This document shows, one piece after another, positions 10,799 to 19,501 of a stretch of 32,000 nucleotides of DNA (its first letter is position 1; the number at the start of each line of letters is the position of its first letter). A program made the position numbers and the translations under genes. A model generated the notes under the pieces. That model worked only from the letters and a program-made list of their open reading frames with translations. It made no database searches and had not been told where the DNA came from. The stretch comes from Copranaerobaculum intestinale (GTDB taxonomy: Bacteria; Bacillota_I; Bacilli_A; Erysipelotrichales; Erysipelotrichaceae): the NCBI RefSeq assembly GCF_009831105.1, contig NZ_WUUQ01000002.1, positions 540,001 through 572,000 of the forward strand. Direction: 5' to 3'.

Positions 10799-12172
10799 TT
10801 AAAAGCGGATACGTTTTGCCAGATAGTCCTGCAGCTCGTTGATAGCAACCCGTTCCTGTTCCATCGTATCGCGATGACGCACGGTTACGCAGCCATCGTT
10901 CTCTGTTTCAAAATCCACCGTGATGCAAAACGGTGTACCGATTGCATCCTGACGGCGATAGCGCTTGCCGATACTGCCGGATTCATCATATTCACATGCT
11001 CCAATAGGAGCTGCGATATGGAAGACCTCCATTGCCTTTTCGCTCAGTTTTTTGGAAAGCGGCATGATGCAGGCTTTTACCGGCGCTAAAAACGGATGGA
11101 AATGCATAACGACGCGGGTATCGTTTTCAAGCTGCTCTTCTTCATAGGCGTCACACATGAAGGCTAACATTAAACGCTCTACCCCAACCGCCGGTTCTAC
11201 GCAGTAAGGGAGAAATTTCTCACCCGTTTCCTGATCGAAATATTCCAGATTTTGCTTGCTGGTATTTTGATGACAGGTTAGATCATAGTCGGTACGATCA
11301 GCGATGCCCCACAGTTCGCCCCAGCCGAAAGAGAATTTATATTCAATATCGCTGGTACCAGTTGAATAATGAGAAAGCTCTTCCTGAGTGTGTTCACGAA
11401 TTCTGAGGTTTTCGGAAGCAACGCCCAGGTCAGTGAGAAATTTCATACAGAAGTTTTTATAATATTCATACCATTTCATATCTTCGCCAGGACGCGTAAA
11501 GAATTCCAGTTCCATCTGTTCAAATTCACGGGTACGGAAGATAAAGTTACCCGGCGTGATCTCATTACGGAAGCTCTTTCCGATCTGACCGATGCCGAAC
11601 GGCAGTTTCCTGCGGGTTGTACGAGATACATTTTTAAAGTTCACGAACATTCCCTGAGCCGTTTCAGGACGCAGATATATAGTATTTTTGGAATCCTCGA
11701 CCACTCCCTGGAAGGTTTTAAACATCAGATTAAACTGACGGATATCAGTAAAGTCATGACTGCCGCAGTCTGGACAGGCAATTTTATGTTCACGGATATA
11801 CTCCATCATTTTTTCATTGGTCCAGCCCCCAGGGTTCACTTCTCCATGACTGTCATCTTCAATCAGTTTATCCGCACGATGACGGGTATGACAGTTTTTG
11901 CAATCCATCAGCGGGTCACTGAAGCCGCCGACATGGCCGCTGGCCACCCATACCTGAGGATTCATCAAAATCGCTGACTGAATGCCGACATTATTTGGAC
12001 TTTCCTGGATGAATTTCTGCCACCAGGCCTTTTTGATATTGTCTTTCAACTCTACCCCAAGCGGTCCAAAATCCCAGGTATTGGATAAACCGCCGTAGAT
12101 TTCCGAGCCTTGATATACAAATCCGCTGTTTTTCGCATGTGCTACAACAGTTTCAAACAATTTCTCGTTCAT
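10799..12172 (-). CDS. glyQS: Glycine--tRNA ligase, single-chain alpha2 (GlyQS) type
   Basis: The full-length class II GlyRS sequence includes [47 protein letters not shown] and GVERL. Confidence 0.95.
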   Translation of the reverse strand: MNEKLFETVVAHAKNSGFVYQGSEIYGGLSNTWDFGPLGVELKDNIKKAWWQKFIQESPNNVGIQSAILMNPQVWVASGHVGGFSDPLMDCKNCHTRHRADKLIEDDSHGEVNPGGWTNEKMMEYIREHKIACPDCGSHDFTDIRQFNLMFKTFQGVVEDSKNTIYLRPETAQGMFVNFKNVSRTTRRKLPFGIGQIGKSFRNEITPGNFIFRTREFEQMELEFFTRPGEDMKWYEYYKNFCMKFLTDLGVASENLRIREHTQEELSHYSTGTSDIEYKFSFGWGELWGIADRTDYDLTCHQNTSKQNLEYFDQETGEKFLPYCVEPAVGVERLMLAFMCDAYEEEQLENDTRVVMHFHPFLAPVKACIMPLSKKLSEKAMEVFHIAAPIGACEYDESGSIGKRYRRQDAIGTPFCITVDFETENDGCVTVRHRDTMEQERVAINELQDYLAKRIRF

Positions 12173-12189
12173 TTTGCATCCTTTCCGAA

Positions 12190-12211
12190 GAAAAAATCAC
12201 CATCAGGTGAT
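12190..12211 (-). terminator. Short hairpin plus U-tract in the glyQS leader (possible attenuator or weak terminator)
   Basis: The minus strand reads ATCACC-TGAT-GGTGAT followed by TTTTTT. It ends about 18 nt before the glyQS ATG and lies downstream of the candidate promoter. Confidence 0.35.
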
Positions 12212-12254
12212 GACTTCTGTAACTTCTTAATTTTATATATAAATATACAGTATA

Positions 12255-12284
12255 TTTATACCATTTTTGATTACGCATTGTCAA
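12255..12284 (-). promoter_or_regulatory. Candidate sigma-A promoter for glyQS
   Basis: The minus strand shows TTGACA (12284-12279), an 18-nt spacer containing an extended TGg, and TATAAA (12260-12255). Confidence 0.5.
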
Positions 12285-12346
12285 TAAAAAATCCAGCTGT
12301 ATGCGATGTTTTTTCAGAAAGTAAATGAAAATAAATCACAGCTGGT

Positions 12347-13087
12347 TCAGTACGTGAATTTTGATATATTCTTTAAAAATACTGCACTTTTCAAAGCGGC
12401 ATTGCCATATTCAGAAAGCAGTGATAACAGGATATCAGCATCCTCATAATCCCATGATGCACTGTCATCGATGATCGACAGATGTTCGATTGCCGCATGA
12501 TTGATCAGACGAAATTTCTTCAGCTGTTCCTTCGTGCGTTTTCGATCATCTTCACAGCGATAGCAGCTGTGACAGACAAAGCCTCCATCACAAATAGAGA
12601 TGCCCTGAATATGCTCCCGGCTGCCGCAGCGTACACATCCCTCCACTTCCGGATAAATTCCCTGCATGCGCAAATGCAGAGCCAGAAATAAACAGAGCAC
12701 ACCATAAGGCTGCGTTCCCTTTTCCAAAGCGTCCAAGCAGGTATCTACGATTTTAAAATATTCGCTGCCCTCATCCATCGTCTGCGAAACGACAATTTCA
12801 CAAATCAGCGAAGCAATCGCCGATAGCAGCAAATGTTCACGAAGGTGCCGCCGGCTTTTCAGTCCCTGTGCGGTTTTCAGCGTATACAGTGATCGCTGTT
12901 CATGAGCATTGTATAAAATGCGCGCCAAACTGTACGGCTGTATCGCACCGGCATTTTTACTGTTTCCCTTATTGGCGCCGCGGGCAATCAGGTTGATTTT
13001 TCCCTGTTCACTTAAACCGCAGATCAGCGCGTCGTGCTCACGGTACTCCTTATAACTTAAAACAAGCATATCACATTGCTCATTCAT
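12347..13087 (-). CDS. recO: DNA repair protein RecO
   Basis: It has an OB-fold N-terminus and the zinc motif CVRCGS...CHSC, and it sits downstream of era. The start at 13087 (MNEQCDMLVL) overlaps the era stop by 8 nt. The longer track ORF would lie inside era. Confidence 0.8.
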   Translation of the reverse strand: MNEQCDMLVLSYKEYREHDALICGLSEQGKINLIARGANKGNSKNAGAIQPYSLARILYNAHEQRSLYTLKTAQGLKSRRHLREHLLLSAIASLICEIVVSQTMDEGSEYFKIVDTCLDALEKGTQPYGVLCLFLALHLRMQGIYPEVEGCVRCGSREHIQGISICDGGFVCHSCYRCEDDRKRTKEQLKKFRLINHAAIEHLSIIDDSASWDYEDADILLSLLSEYGNAALKSAVFLKNISKFTY

Positions 13088-13970
13088 ACTCGTCTTCCTT
13101 ATATCCAAACTGCTGCAGCTTATTGGTGCGGTTGCGCCAGTTGTGCTCGACGCGAACATACAATTCCAAATCAACCCGCTTATGAAACAGCTTTTTCAGA
13201 TCTTTCTGAGCAGCCATACGAATTGCTTTGATCATCGCTGCCTGTTTCCCGATGATGATTGCTTTTTGTGAATCACGTTCGACGATCACCAGGGCTCGGA
13301 TGTAGCATTTGGTTTCCTGTTCATCAATTTCCTCACAAAGTACAGCGATGGAATGAGGTATCTCTTCTTCGGTTTTATACAAAATTTTTTCTCGGATGAT
13401 CTCCTGCACCTGGAACGTCCGTCCGTGATCACTCACCTGATCCTCGGGATAAAACATGGGACCTTCTTCCAAGTACGGTAATGTTGTTTTTAGCAGCTCC
13501 TCCAGATTATCTGCCTGTAGAGCGCTGATCGGAATGATCTCCTGAAAATTGTAGCGTTTCTGCCATTCCGTAAGATTTATCAGAACTTCTTCCTTTTTCA
13601 GACGATCAATTTTGTTTAGCAGTAAAAAACATGGTGCATCACTGTTTTTGATCCTTTCCAATAGAAATTCATCACCACTGCCGAAGGGCTGCGAAGCATC
13701 CACAATCAAATACACCACATCCACGTCCTGAAGTGCGGTAAAAGCATTCTTATTCAGCGTGCGTCCCAGCTCATGGTGCGGCTTATGAACGCCCGGCGTA
13801 TCAATAAAGACATACTGTGCTTCTGCGGTTGTCAGAATCCCTTGAATATTATTACGGGTTGTCTGCGGTTTGGGGGATATGATCGATACCTTTTGTTTCA
13901 GTAAGGCATTTAACAGCGTACTCTTGCCGGCATTGGGACGTCCGATGATACTGATAAAGCCAGTTTTCAT
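13080..13970 (-). CDS. era: GTPase Era
   Basis: It carries G1 (GRPNAGKSTL), G3 (DTPG), G4 (NKID) and a C-terminal KH domain. The start MKTGFISIIG at 13970 forms an ATGA overlap with the cdd stop. Confidence 0.95.
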   Translation of the reverse strand: MKTGFISIIGRPNAGKSTLLNALLKQKVSIISPKPQTTRNNIQGILTTAEAQYVFIDTPGVHKPHHELGRTLNKNAFTALQDVDVVYLIVDASQPFGSGDEFLLERIKNSDAPCFLLLNKIDRLKKEEVLINLTEWQKRYNFQEIIPISALQADNLEELLKTTLPYLEEGPMFYPEDQVSDHGRTFQVQEIIREKILYKTEEEIPHSIAVLCEEIDEQETKCYIRALVIVERDSQKAIIIGKQAAMIKAIRMAAQKDLKKLFHKRVDLELYVRVEHNWRNRTNKLQQFGYKEDEYE

Positions 13971-14368
13971 ACGTTCAGATCCTCCTGTCCAAACGCAAAG
14001 GGAAGCAATTCTCGAATGGTTGTATCCATCTCGGATTCTCGATTGCTTAATATGATCGGCGTTTCCTCCTCCAGCAGTTCGCTCAATACCTGCCGGCAGG
14101 AACCGCACGGTGTACCGATTCGCTCTCCATCACTGACGATCGCCAGCGCTTCAATATCCGCTTTGCGATATCCTTGCGAATATGCAGAAAAAACAGCGTT
14201 GCGCTCCGCACAGATTGAGGATCCGTACGCTGCATTTTCAATATTGGCTCCCAGTATATAATTGCCGTCCTTGGTTGCGACACAGGCTCCTACATGGTAA
14301 TTGGAATAAGGCGCATAGGCATGATCCATCGCCTCAAATGCTTTCGATAACAACAATTCACGATTCAT
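13967..14368 (-). CDS. cdd: Cytidine deaminase
   Basis: The zinc-binding motifs CAERNA and PCGSCRQ are present. At 133 aa it matches the homotetrameric type. Confidence 0.9.
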   Translation of the reverse strand: MNRELLLSKAFEAMDHAYAPYSNYHVGACVATKDGNYILGANIENAAYGSSICAERNAVFSAYSQGYRKADIEALAIVSDGERIGTPCGSCRQVLSELLEEETPIILSNRESEMDTTIRELLPFAFGQEDLNV

Positions 14369-14724
14369 AAAATTTTTCCTCCAATAATCAATAAGCCGAC
14401 CAGCAGAGCCCCGATCGAAACGATCAGCACCGCTGCTGCGGCATAGTCTTTAATTCGTTTTGATGCTTCGTTTATATGGGGTGCACTCAGATCGCACAGC
14501 CGTTCGATGGAACTGTTCACAAATTCCATGGCAATAACCAGTGCGATTACCAGGATCAATATCATCCATTCCATAACCGTAAAGCGAAACAGGATACCCG
14601 CCGCTGCCGCCAGCAATGCAAAGCCGCATTGGATACGAATACTGGAATCGTGACAAATACCGTGAAATAAGCCCTCAAAAGCATAGCGGAATTTTGCAGC
14701 CAGTCTATTTACGAACGATTTCAT
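14365..14724 (-). CDS. dgkA: Diacylglycerol/undecaprenol kinase (DgkA family)
   Basis: This 119-aa protein has three TM helices and the motifs RIQ, EFVNSSIE and KDYAAAAVL. It sits between ybeY and cdd, as in Bacillus. Confidence 0.85.
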   Translation of the reverse strand: MKSFVNRLAAKFRYAFEGLFHGICHDSSIRIQCGFALLAAAAGILFRFTVMEWMILILVIALVIAMEFVNSSIERLCDLSAPHINEASKRIKDYAAAAVLIVSIGALLVGLLIIGGKIL

Positions 14725-15160
14725 CCAATATCACATCCTGTAAATGGAACATCGCTTTTTCCTGTGCTTCCTCCATATGATCATAGCCCAGAAGATGCAG
14801 CATACCATGGGTAAACAGAAAACAGCATTCTCGTTCAATGCTGTGACCGTATTCTTCAGCTTGATCCCGAATCGCCTGAACATTGATAAATATGTCCCCT
14901 AACTCCTTTTCCTCGCCCATCATTTCATACGTTTCTTCAGCATCCTGCAAAGCGAAGCTGATGACATCCGTAGGATGGTCGATCTGCCGATAGTCACGGT
15001 TGATTTCATGAATTGCCTGCGGTGTAACAAAAATAATCGACAAGCTGTAATCATCAGCCAGTTTCAATACCGATTCGGCTCGTTTTGCGATTGTCTCAAA
15101 GCGGGAGGTATACTCCTCCCAGCACGCTTCCTCACTTTGATTGATGATATTGATTTCCAT
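14705..15160 (-). CDS. ybeY: rRNA maturation endoribonuclease YbeY
   Basis: The metal-binding motif HGMLHLLGYDH is present and a GAGGG SD lies 7 nt upstream. Confidence 0.9.
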   Translation of the reverse strand: MEINIINQSEEACWEEYTSRFETIAKRAESVLKLADDYSLSIIFVTPQAIHEINRDYRQIDHPTDVISFALQDAEETYEMMGEEKELGDIFINVQAIRDQAEEYGHSIERECCFLFTHGMLHLLGYDHMEEAQEKAMFHLQDVILDEIVRK

Positions 15161-15191
15161 ATATCTGCCCTCATATCTTACTTACAGTGCC

Positions 15192-15221
15192 ATTATACCA
15201 CAGTTCGTTTATGCTATCTAA
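15192..15221 (-). promoter_or_regulatory. Candidate sigma-A promoter for the ybeY-dgkA-cdd-era-recO unit
   Basis: The minus strand shows TTAGAT (15221-15216), an 18-nt spacer and an extended -10 TGgTATAAT (15200-15192), about 30 nt upstream of the ybeY ATG. Confidence 0.55.
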
Positions 15222-15341
15222 TTTTTATACACAACCATTTTTCAGTTTTCTTTTTTTACAAAAATGTAATTTTTCTATATAAGAATTACTTGTTTAATGG
15301 TAAAATAACATCGTATCGTAAGATTTAAGGGAGGCACATCC

Positions 15342-17018
15342 ATGTTACCTGTCGCAACAGCAACAATGTCCTGGTCGTCCATTCACTGGGATTTGATTAT
15401 CGGGGGCTTTGCCCTGTTTTTATTCGGAATCCAGTATATGGGAGACGGATTAAAGAGCATAGCCGGTGATAAATTACGCGATTACATAGACAAATATACA
15501 TCAAAACCCTGGATGGGAATCATCATCGGGGCTGGTATTACTACCTTTATCCAGTCAAGTTCGGCTACCACAGCCATCGCGATCGGATTTGTAAGAGCCG
15601 GATTAATGCGCCTGGATCAGGCGATCGGTGTGATCATGGGCGCCAACATCGGTACCACGATCACCGCATTCTTAATTGGTATGAAGGTGGAAAAATTCGC
15701 TTTGTACTTTGTTTTCATCGGCGTGCTGATCGTCGTATTCTCCAAGCGCAAGAAGGTCACCTATCTCGGCGAGATTATTTTGGGTTTTGGCATCCTGTTC
15801 TTCGGCCTGAAGCTGATGGGCGAAGAATTAGGAGTCTTCGGTCAGCTGCCGCAGTTTAATGATTTTGCGGAGGTCATGGCCAAACAGCCGATCCTGGGCT
15901 TATTAGCCGGTACCTTGATGACCGGCTTGGTTCAATCCTCAAGCGCCGTGATCGGGATTACCCAGAAGCTATATGAATCCGGTGCTATAACGATGGTTGC
16001 GGCCCTGCCATTTGTATTCGGTTCCAATATTGGAACGACGATCACCGCGATCTTTGCGGCGTTAGGAGGTTCGCTTGCTTCAAAGCGGGCGGCGGGCGTT
16101 CACGTTATGTTTAACGTCTTAGGAACCCTGATTTTTATGATCTTCCTATATCCGTTCGCAAAGCTTATTACTTCGATATCAGCATCGATGAATTTAGCTC
16201 CGATGATGCAAATTGCCTTAGCGCATATCATCTTCAACGGCATCACGACGATTGCCGCCTATCCGATGATTCCATTTATGGTAAAAACCATCAAACGCAT
16301 TATTCCGGGTAAAGAAACAGAACGTATTGAAGTAAAGCTGGACGATTTGGATCCTCGTCTGGTCAATTCACTGCCGGCCGGAGCGCTGGGCATCTCCAAG
16401 CAGGCCACGATCAAAATGGGAGAGCTGGCAATCGATGCGATCAAAGAGTCCCAGGAATACTTCAATACCCGCTCTGGAAAACACAACGAAGCAGCTCGGC
16501 AGTTTGAAGACGCAATCAATTCATTGGATTTAAAGATTACCAAATACCTGATGGAAATCGCTCATAACAGCTTGGGTGAACATGATATGGATCAATTTAT
16601 CGATAACCTGCAGGTTATTAAAAATATCGAGCGAATCGGTGATATTACGATGAATCTGAATGAATTTTATGAGCTTGCCTATGAAGAAAAGGATAAATTC
16701 TCCAAAGGTGCCAGTGAGGATATCAACGAAATGTATGAAACGGTGCTGGAAATGGTCAACCTATCCCTGCAGTTCTTTGATACCCGGGAAGAAAACATCG
16801 TTGCGGTACTCAATGATAAAGAAAACTATTTGGATCTGATTGAAGAAAAATCCCGTCAGCGTCATTTCAAACGCATGGCAAAGGATGAATGTACAGCAGC
16901 TATCGCAGCCAGTGTTTACATCGATATTCTGAGTAATTTGGAACGTCTTGGCGATCATACCGTAAATATTATAAAAGTTATTGATAAAGATATTCCGATG
17001 CATACCAATGCAATTTAA
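15342..17018 (+). CDS. Na+/phosphate cotransporter (NptA family) with a C-terminal PhoU-like domain
   Basis: It has duplicated Na/Pi symporter repeats (QSSSATTAI, QSSSAVIGI) and a soluble C-terminal half with two ERIGD/ERLGD PhoU-type repeats. A GGGAGG SD lies upstream. Confidence 0.85.
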   Translation: MLPVATATMSWSSIHWDLIIGGFALFLFGIQYMGDGLKSIAGDKLRDYIDKYTSKPWMGIIIGAGITTFIQSSSATTAIAIGFVRAGLMRLDQAIGVIMGANIGTTITAFLIGMKVEKFALYFVFIGVLIVVFSKRKKVTYLGEIILGFGILFFGLKLMGEELGVFGQLPQFNDFAEVMAKQPILGLLAGTLMTGLVQSSSAVIGITQKLYESGAITMVAALPFVFGSNIGTTITAIFAALGGSLASKRAAGVHVMFNVLGTLIFMIFLYPFAKLITSISASMNLAPMMQIALAHIIFNGITTIAAYPMIPFMVKTIKRIIPGKETERIEVKLDDLDPRLVNSLPAGALGISKQATIKMGELAIDAIKESQEYFNTRSGKHNEAARQFEDAINSLDLKITKYLMEIAHNSLGEHDMDQFIDNLQVIKNIERIGDITMNLNEFYELAYEEKDKFSKGASEDINEMYETVLEMVNLSLQFFDTREENIVAVLNDKENYLDLIEEKSRQRHFKRMAKDECTAAIAASVYIDILSNLERLGDHTVNIIKVIDKDIPMHTNAI

Positions 17019-17042
17019 AAGGACTTTGAAGTCCTTTTTTTA
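17017..17042. terminator. Terminator between the convergent Na/Pi transporter and GT2 genes
   Basis: AAAGGACT (17018-17025) pairs with AGTCCTTT (17030-17037) around a TTGA loop and is followed by a T-run. Confidence 0.75.
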
Positions 17043-17048
17043 TATGGA

Positions 17049-17987
17049 TTAGTATTGGCGGCGGTTGGTCTCTTTAATGATATACAGCGGTCGATGTCTG
17101 GCCTCGGCTACATTTTTCGCAAGGTATTCACCAAAAATACCGGTGAACAACATCTGCATACCACCGATAAAAAACAGCAGACAGATGATTAGGAATACCT
17201 TATCAAATCGAAAAAACAGGATATACAATAAAATGATAAATCCCACCAGGCAGAAAATCAATCCAAAGACGGCTGCCAGCAGCAGCGGTACATTGGAAAA
17301 AGCAGTAATTCCCTCCAGCGCATATAGAAAAAGTGAGCGCATTGACCACTTACTGGTTCCCTCCTGCCGGTTCACATTTTCATAATCAATCCAGATCGTT
17401 TGAAATCCGATATAGGAAAACAATCCTTTTGAGTAACGGTTTACTTCATGGAAGGACAATAGGCTGTCAACCATCTGACGGCTCATCATGCGATAATCGC
17501 CTGCTCCATCATCCATTTTCACACAGCAGATCGCATTAATGAGCTGATAGAACTTACGCGAACAAAAATTGCGCAGGCTGCCTTCTCCGGTGCGATCCAC
17601 CCGATGTGCCGCTGCACAGTCTGCTCCGCTTTCCTGCAGGCGTTCATACATTGTTTTTAAAAGCTTTGGGGGATGCTGGAGATCGGCATCCATAATTACC
17701 ACATAATTCCCTCGGGAAGCTTTTAACCCGGCATACATGGCTGCTTCTTTACCGAAGTTGCGGGAGAAAGAATCATAATAGACATGGGGATCCTGATTAG
17801 ACAGTTGGTGGAGAATTTCAAGCGTTCCATCGGTACTGCCGTCATTGACAAAATGAAATTCATACTGAATCGGCATATCCTGTACAACCTCGCTGACCGC
17901 GGTATAAAAATGCGGCAGTGCCGCTTCTTCATTAAAACAGGGAACCACAATGGTTACTATGTCCTTACAAGCATCAAACACATCCAT
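17049..17987 (-). CDS. GT2-family polyprenyl-phosphate glycosyltransferase (GtrB/CsbB-like)
   Basis: It has a GT-A N-terminus (VPCFNEEAALPHF...FVNDGSTDGT...IMDADLQHPP) and two C-terminal TM helices. The GGAGG directly abuts the ATG at 17987, so the in-frame GTG at 17981 may be the true start. Confidence 0.8.
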   Translation of the reverse strand: MDVFDACKDIVTIVVPCFNEEAALPHFYTAVSEVVQDMPIQYEFHFVNDGSTDGTLEILHQLSNQDPHVYYDSFSRNFGKEAAMYAGLKASRGNYVVIMDADLQHPPKLLKTMYERLQESGADCAAAHRVDRTGEGSLRNFCSRKFYQLINAICCVKMDDGAGDYRMMSRQMVDSLLSFHEVNRYSKGLFSYIGFQTIWIDYENVNRQEGTSKWSMRSLFLYALEGITAFSNVPLLLAAVFGLIFCLVGFIILLYILFFRFDKVFLIICLLFFIGGMQMLFTGIFGEYLAKNVAEARHRPLYIIKETNRRQY

Positions 17988-18038
17988 CCTCCATTCATGA
18001 CTAGTATGTCCGAACGCTGCTTTCTTTATCAGAATTTA

Positions 18039-18070
18039 TAAAAAAACAGACGTTAAGTACTTCCGTCTGC
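18039..18070 (-). terminator. Rho-independent terminator of the pst-phoU operon
   Basis: The minus strand reads CAGACG, an 11-nt loop, CGTCTG and then TTTTTTT, about 17 nt after the phoU stop. Confidence 0.7.
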
Positions 18071-18086
18071 ATTTTAATTGATTTCT

Positions 18087-18725
18087 TTATCCAAAGTCGT
18101 AATGCTGTCCCTTGATCAAGAATATAGTATGTTCACATATGTTGATGATATGATCCTCACTGCGTTCGATGTTGCGAAGCATTGCTGAAATGGAGAACAG
18201 ATGACGATATGTTTCAATATCCTCTTTTTCCAGCAGCTTTGTTTTCAATTCATTCAGCAGAATCTTGTTTTTGCGATCATCCTGCGGTAAAGCAAAAGCA
18301 GCTTCGACATCACGTTTTTCATAGCTCTCTAACGCATTTTCCAGCATGCTGATATTCTGTCTTTCCATTTCTACAGCATATTCACATACAGAGGAGTCAA
18401 TCGCATCATGACAGATCATATAGGAAGCAATGCCTTTGGCATAGTCTCCAATGCGTTCAAGCTCGGTAGCAATTTTAATTGCGGTGATGATGCGCCGCAG
18501 ATCGGATGCAACCGGGGCAAGCAGGGCCAGTGCAGATATCGCCTGATCGTTTACTTCTTCTTCCAATTTATTAATATATTCATCGGACTGTATGACTGCC
18601 AGCGCGTTGTCGCGATTATTCTCCTCAAACAATGTCATCGCCTTTTCATGCATTCTGATAACTCGGCATCCCATTTTCATAAGGGTTGCTTCCATACAGT
18701 CAAGTTCCTGATCAATTTTTACCAT
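18087..18725 (-). CDS. phoU: Phosphate signalling/transport accessory protein PhoU
   Basis: This 212-aa protein has two PhoU repeats (ELERIGDYA and NIERSEDHI) and sits directly after pstB. Confidence 0.9.
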   Translation of the reverse strand: MVKIDQELDCMEATLMKMGCRVIRMHEKAMTLFEENNRDNALAVIQSDEYINKLEEEVNDQAISALALLAPVASDLRRIITAIKIATELERIGDYAKGIASYMICHDAIDSSVCEYAVEMERQNISMLENALESYEKRDVEAAFALPQDDRKNKILLNELKTKLLEKEDIETYRHLFSISAMLRNIERSEDHIINICEHTIFLIKGQHYDFG

Positions 18726-18736
18726 ATCGGTACCTC

Positions 18737-19492
18737 CTATCCAAATCGTCCGGTGATATAGTCTTCCGTGCGCTTATCAGCCGGATTTTGAAAAATATCT
18801 TGAGTCGTATTGAATTCCACTATTTCACCTAGTAGAAAGAATGCAGTATCATCACTTACCCGTGATGCCTGCTGCATCGAATGCGTGACAATGACGATTG
18901 TATATTCCTGCTTCAGTTCCTCGATCAATTCCTCGATCTTTGCGGTAGCGATCGGATCCAAGGCGCTGGTTGGTTCATCCATCAAAATGACCTCCGGTTC
19001 CATCGCAATCGTTCTGGCGATACACAGACGCTGCTGCTGTCCGCCGGATAAAGCCATCGCACTTTCATGAAGCCGATCATGAACCTCATCCCATAGGGCT
19101 GCCTGTTTCAAAGAACGCTCTACGATCTCACTCAGCAGCTTTTTATTTTTAATGCCCTGACAACGCGGCCCATAAGCAATATTATCAAAGATGGACATCG
19201 GGAACGGATTCGGCTTCTGAAAGACCATACCGACTTTTGTCCGCAGCTCGACGACATTGACCTGACGATCAAAGATATTCTCGTTGTCCATCATCACTTT
19301 GCCCTCTATGCGGCAGCCTTCAATCAGATCATTCATTCGGTTCAGACAGCGAAGAAAGGTGGATTTACCACAGCCGCTGGGGCCGATCAGCGCAGTGACA
19401 TGATGCTTACGGATATCGAGATTGAGCGATTTCAGCGCCTGCTTCGCTCCATAATATAAGTTCAGGTTTTCTACTTTAAAAATTGTTTCCAT
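18737..19492 (-). CDS. pstB: Phosphate ABC transporter ATP-binding protein
   Basis: It has Walker A (GPSGCGKST), the signature LSGGQQQR, Walker B ([11 protein letters not shown]) and a PstB-type C-terminus (DYITGRFG). Confidence 0.95.
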   Translation of the reverse strand: METIFKVENLNLYYGAKQALKSLNLDIRKHHVTALIGPSGCGKSTFLRCLNRMNDLIEGCRIEGKVMMDNENIFDRQVNVVELRTKVGMVFQKPNPFPMSIFDNIAYGPRCQGIKNKKLLSEIVERSLKQAALWDEVHDRLHESAMALSGGQQQRLCIARTIAMEPEVILMDEPTSALDPIATAKIEELIEELKQEYTIVIVTHSMQQASRVSDDTAFFLLGEIVEFNTTQDIFQNPADKRTEDYITGRFG

Positions 19493-19501
19493 AAGTCCTC
19501 C

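Noticed and set aside
12293-12345. The 8-bp stem CCAGCTGT/ACAGCTGG with a T-run after recO, considered as a canonical terminator.
   Set aside because: The 37-nt loop makes it an atypical intrinsic terminator, so I did not list it as a feature. It may still reduce read-through and is mentioned under the glyQS leader finding.
12173-12346. A T-box riboswitch was expected upstream of the glycyl-tRNA ligase gene.
   Set aside because: The region is too short, and the conserved T-box sequence and specifier-loop architecture are not visible on either strand. An Rfam scan would confirm.
13088-13174. A longer recO N-terminus (MIWNCMFASS...) starting at 13174.
   Set aside because: It lies inside the era coding region in another frame and does not resemble RecO N-termini.
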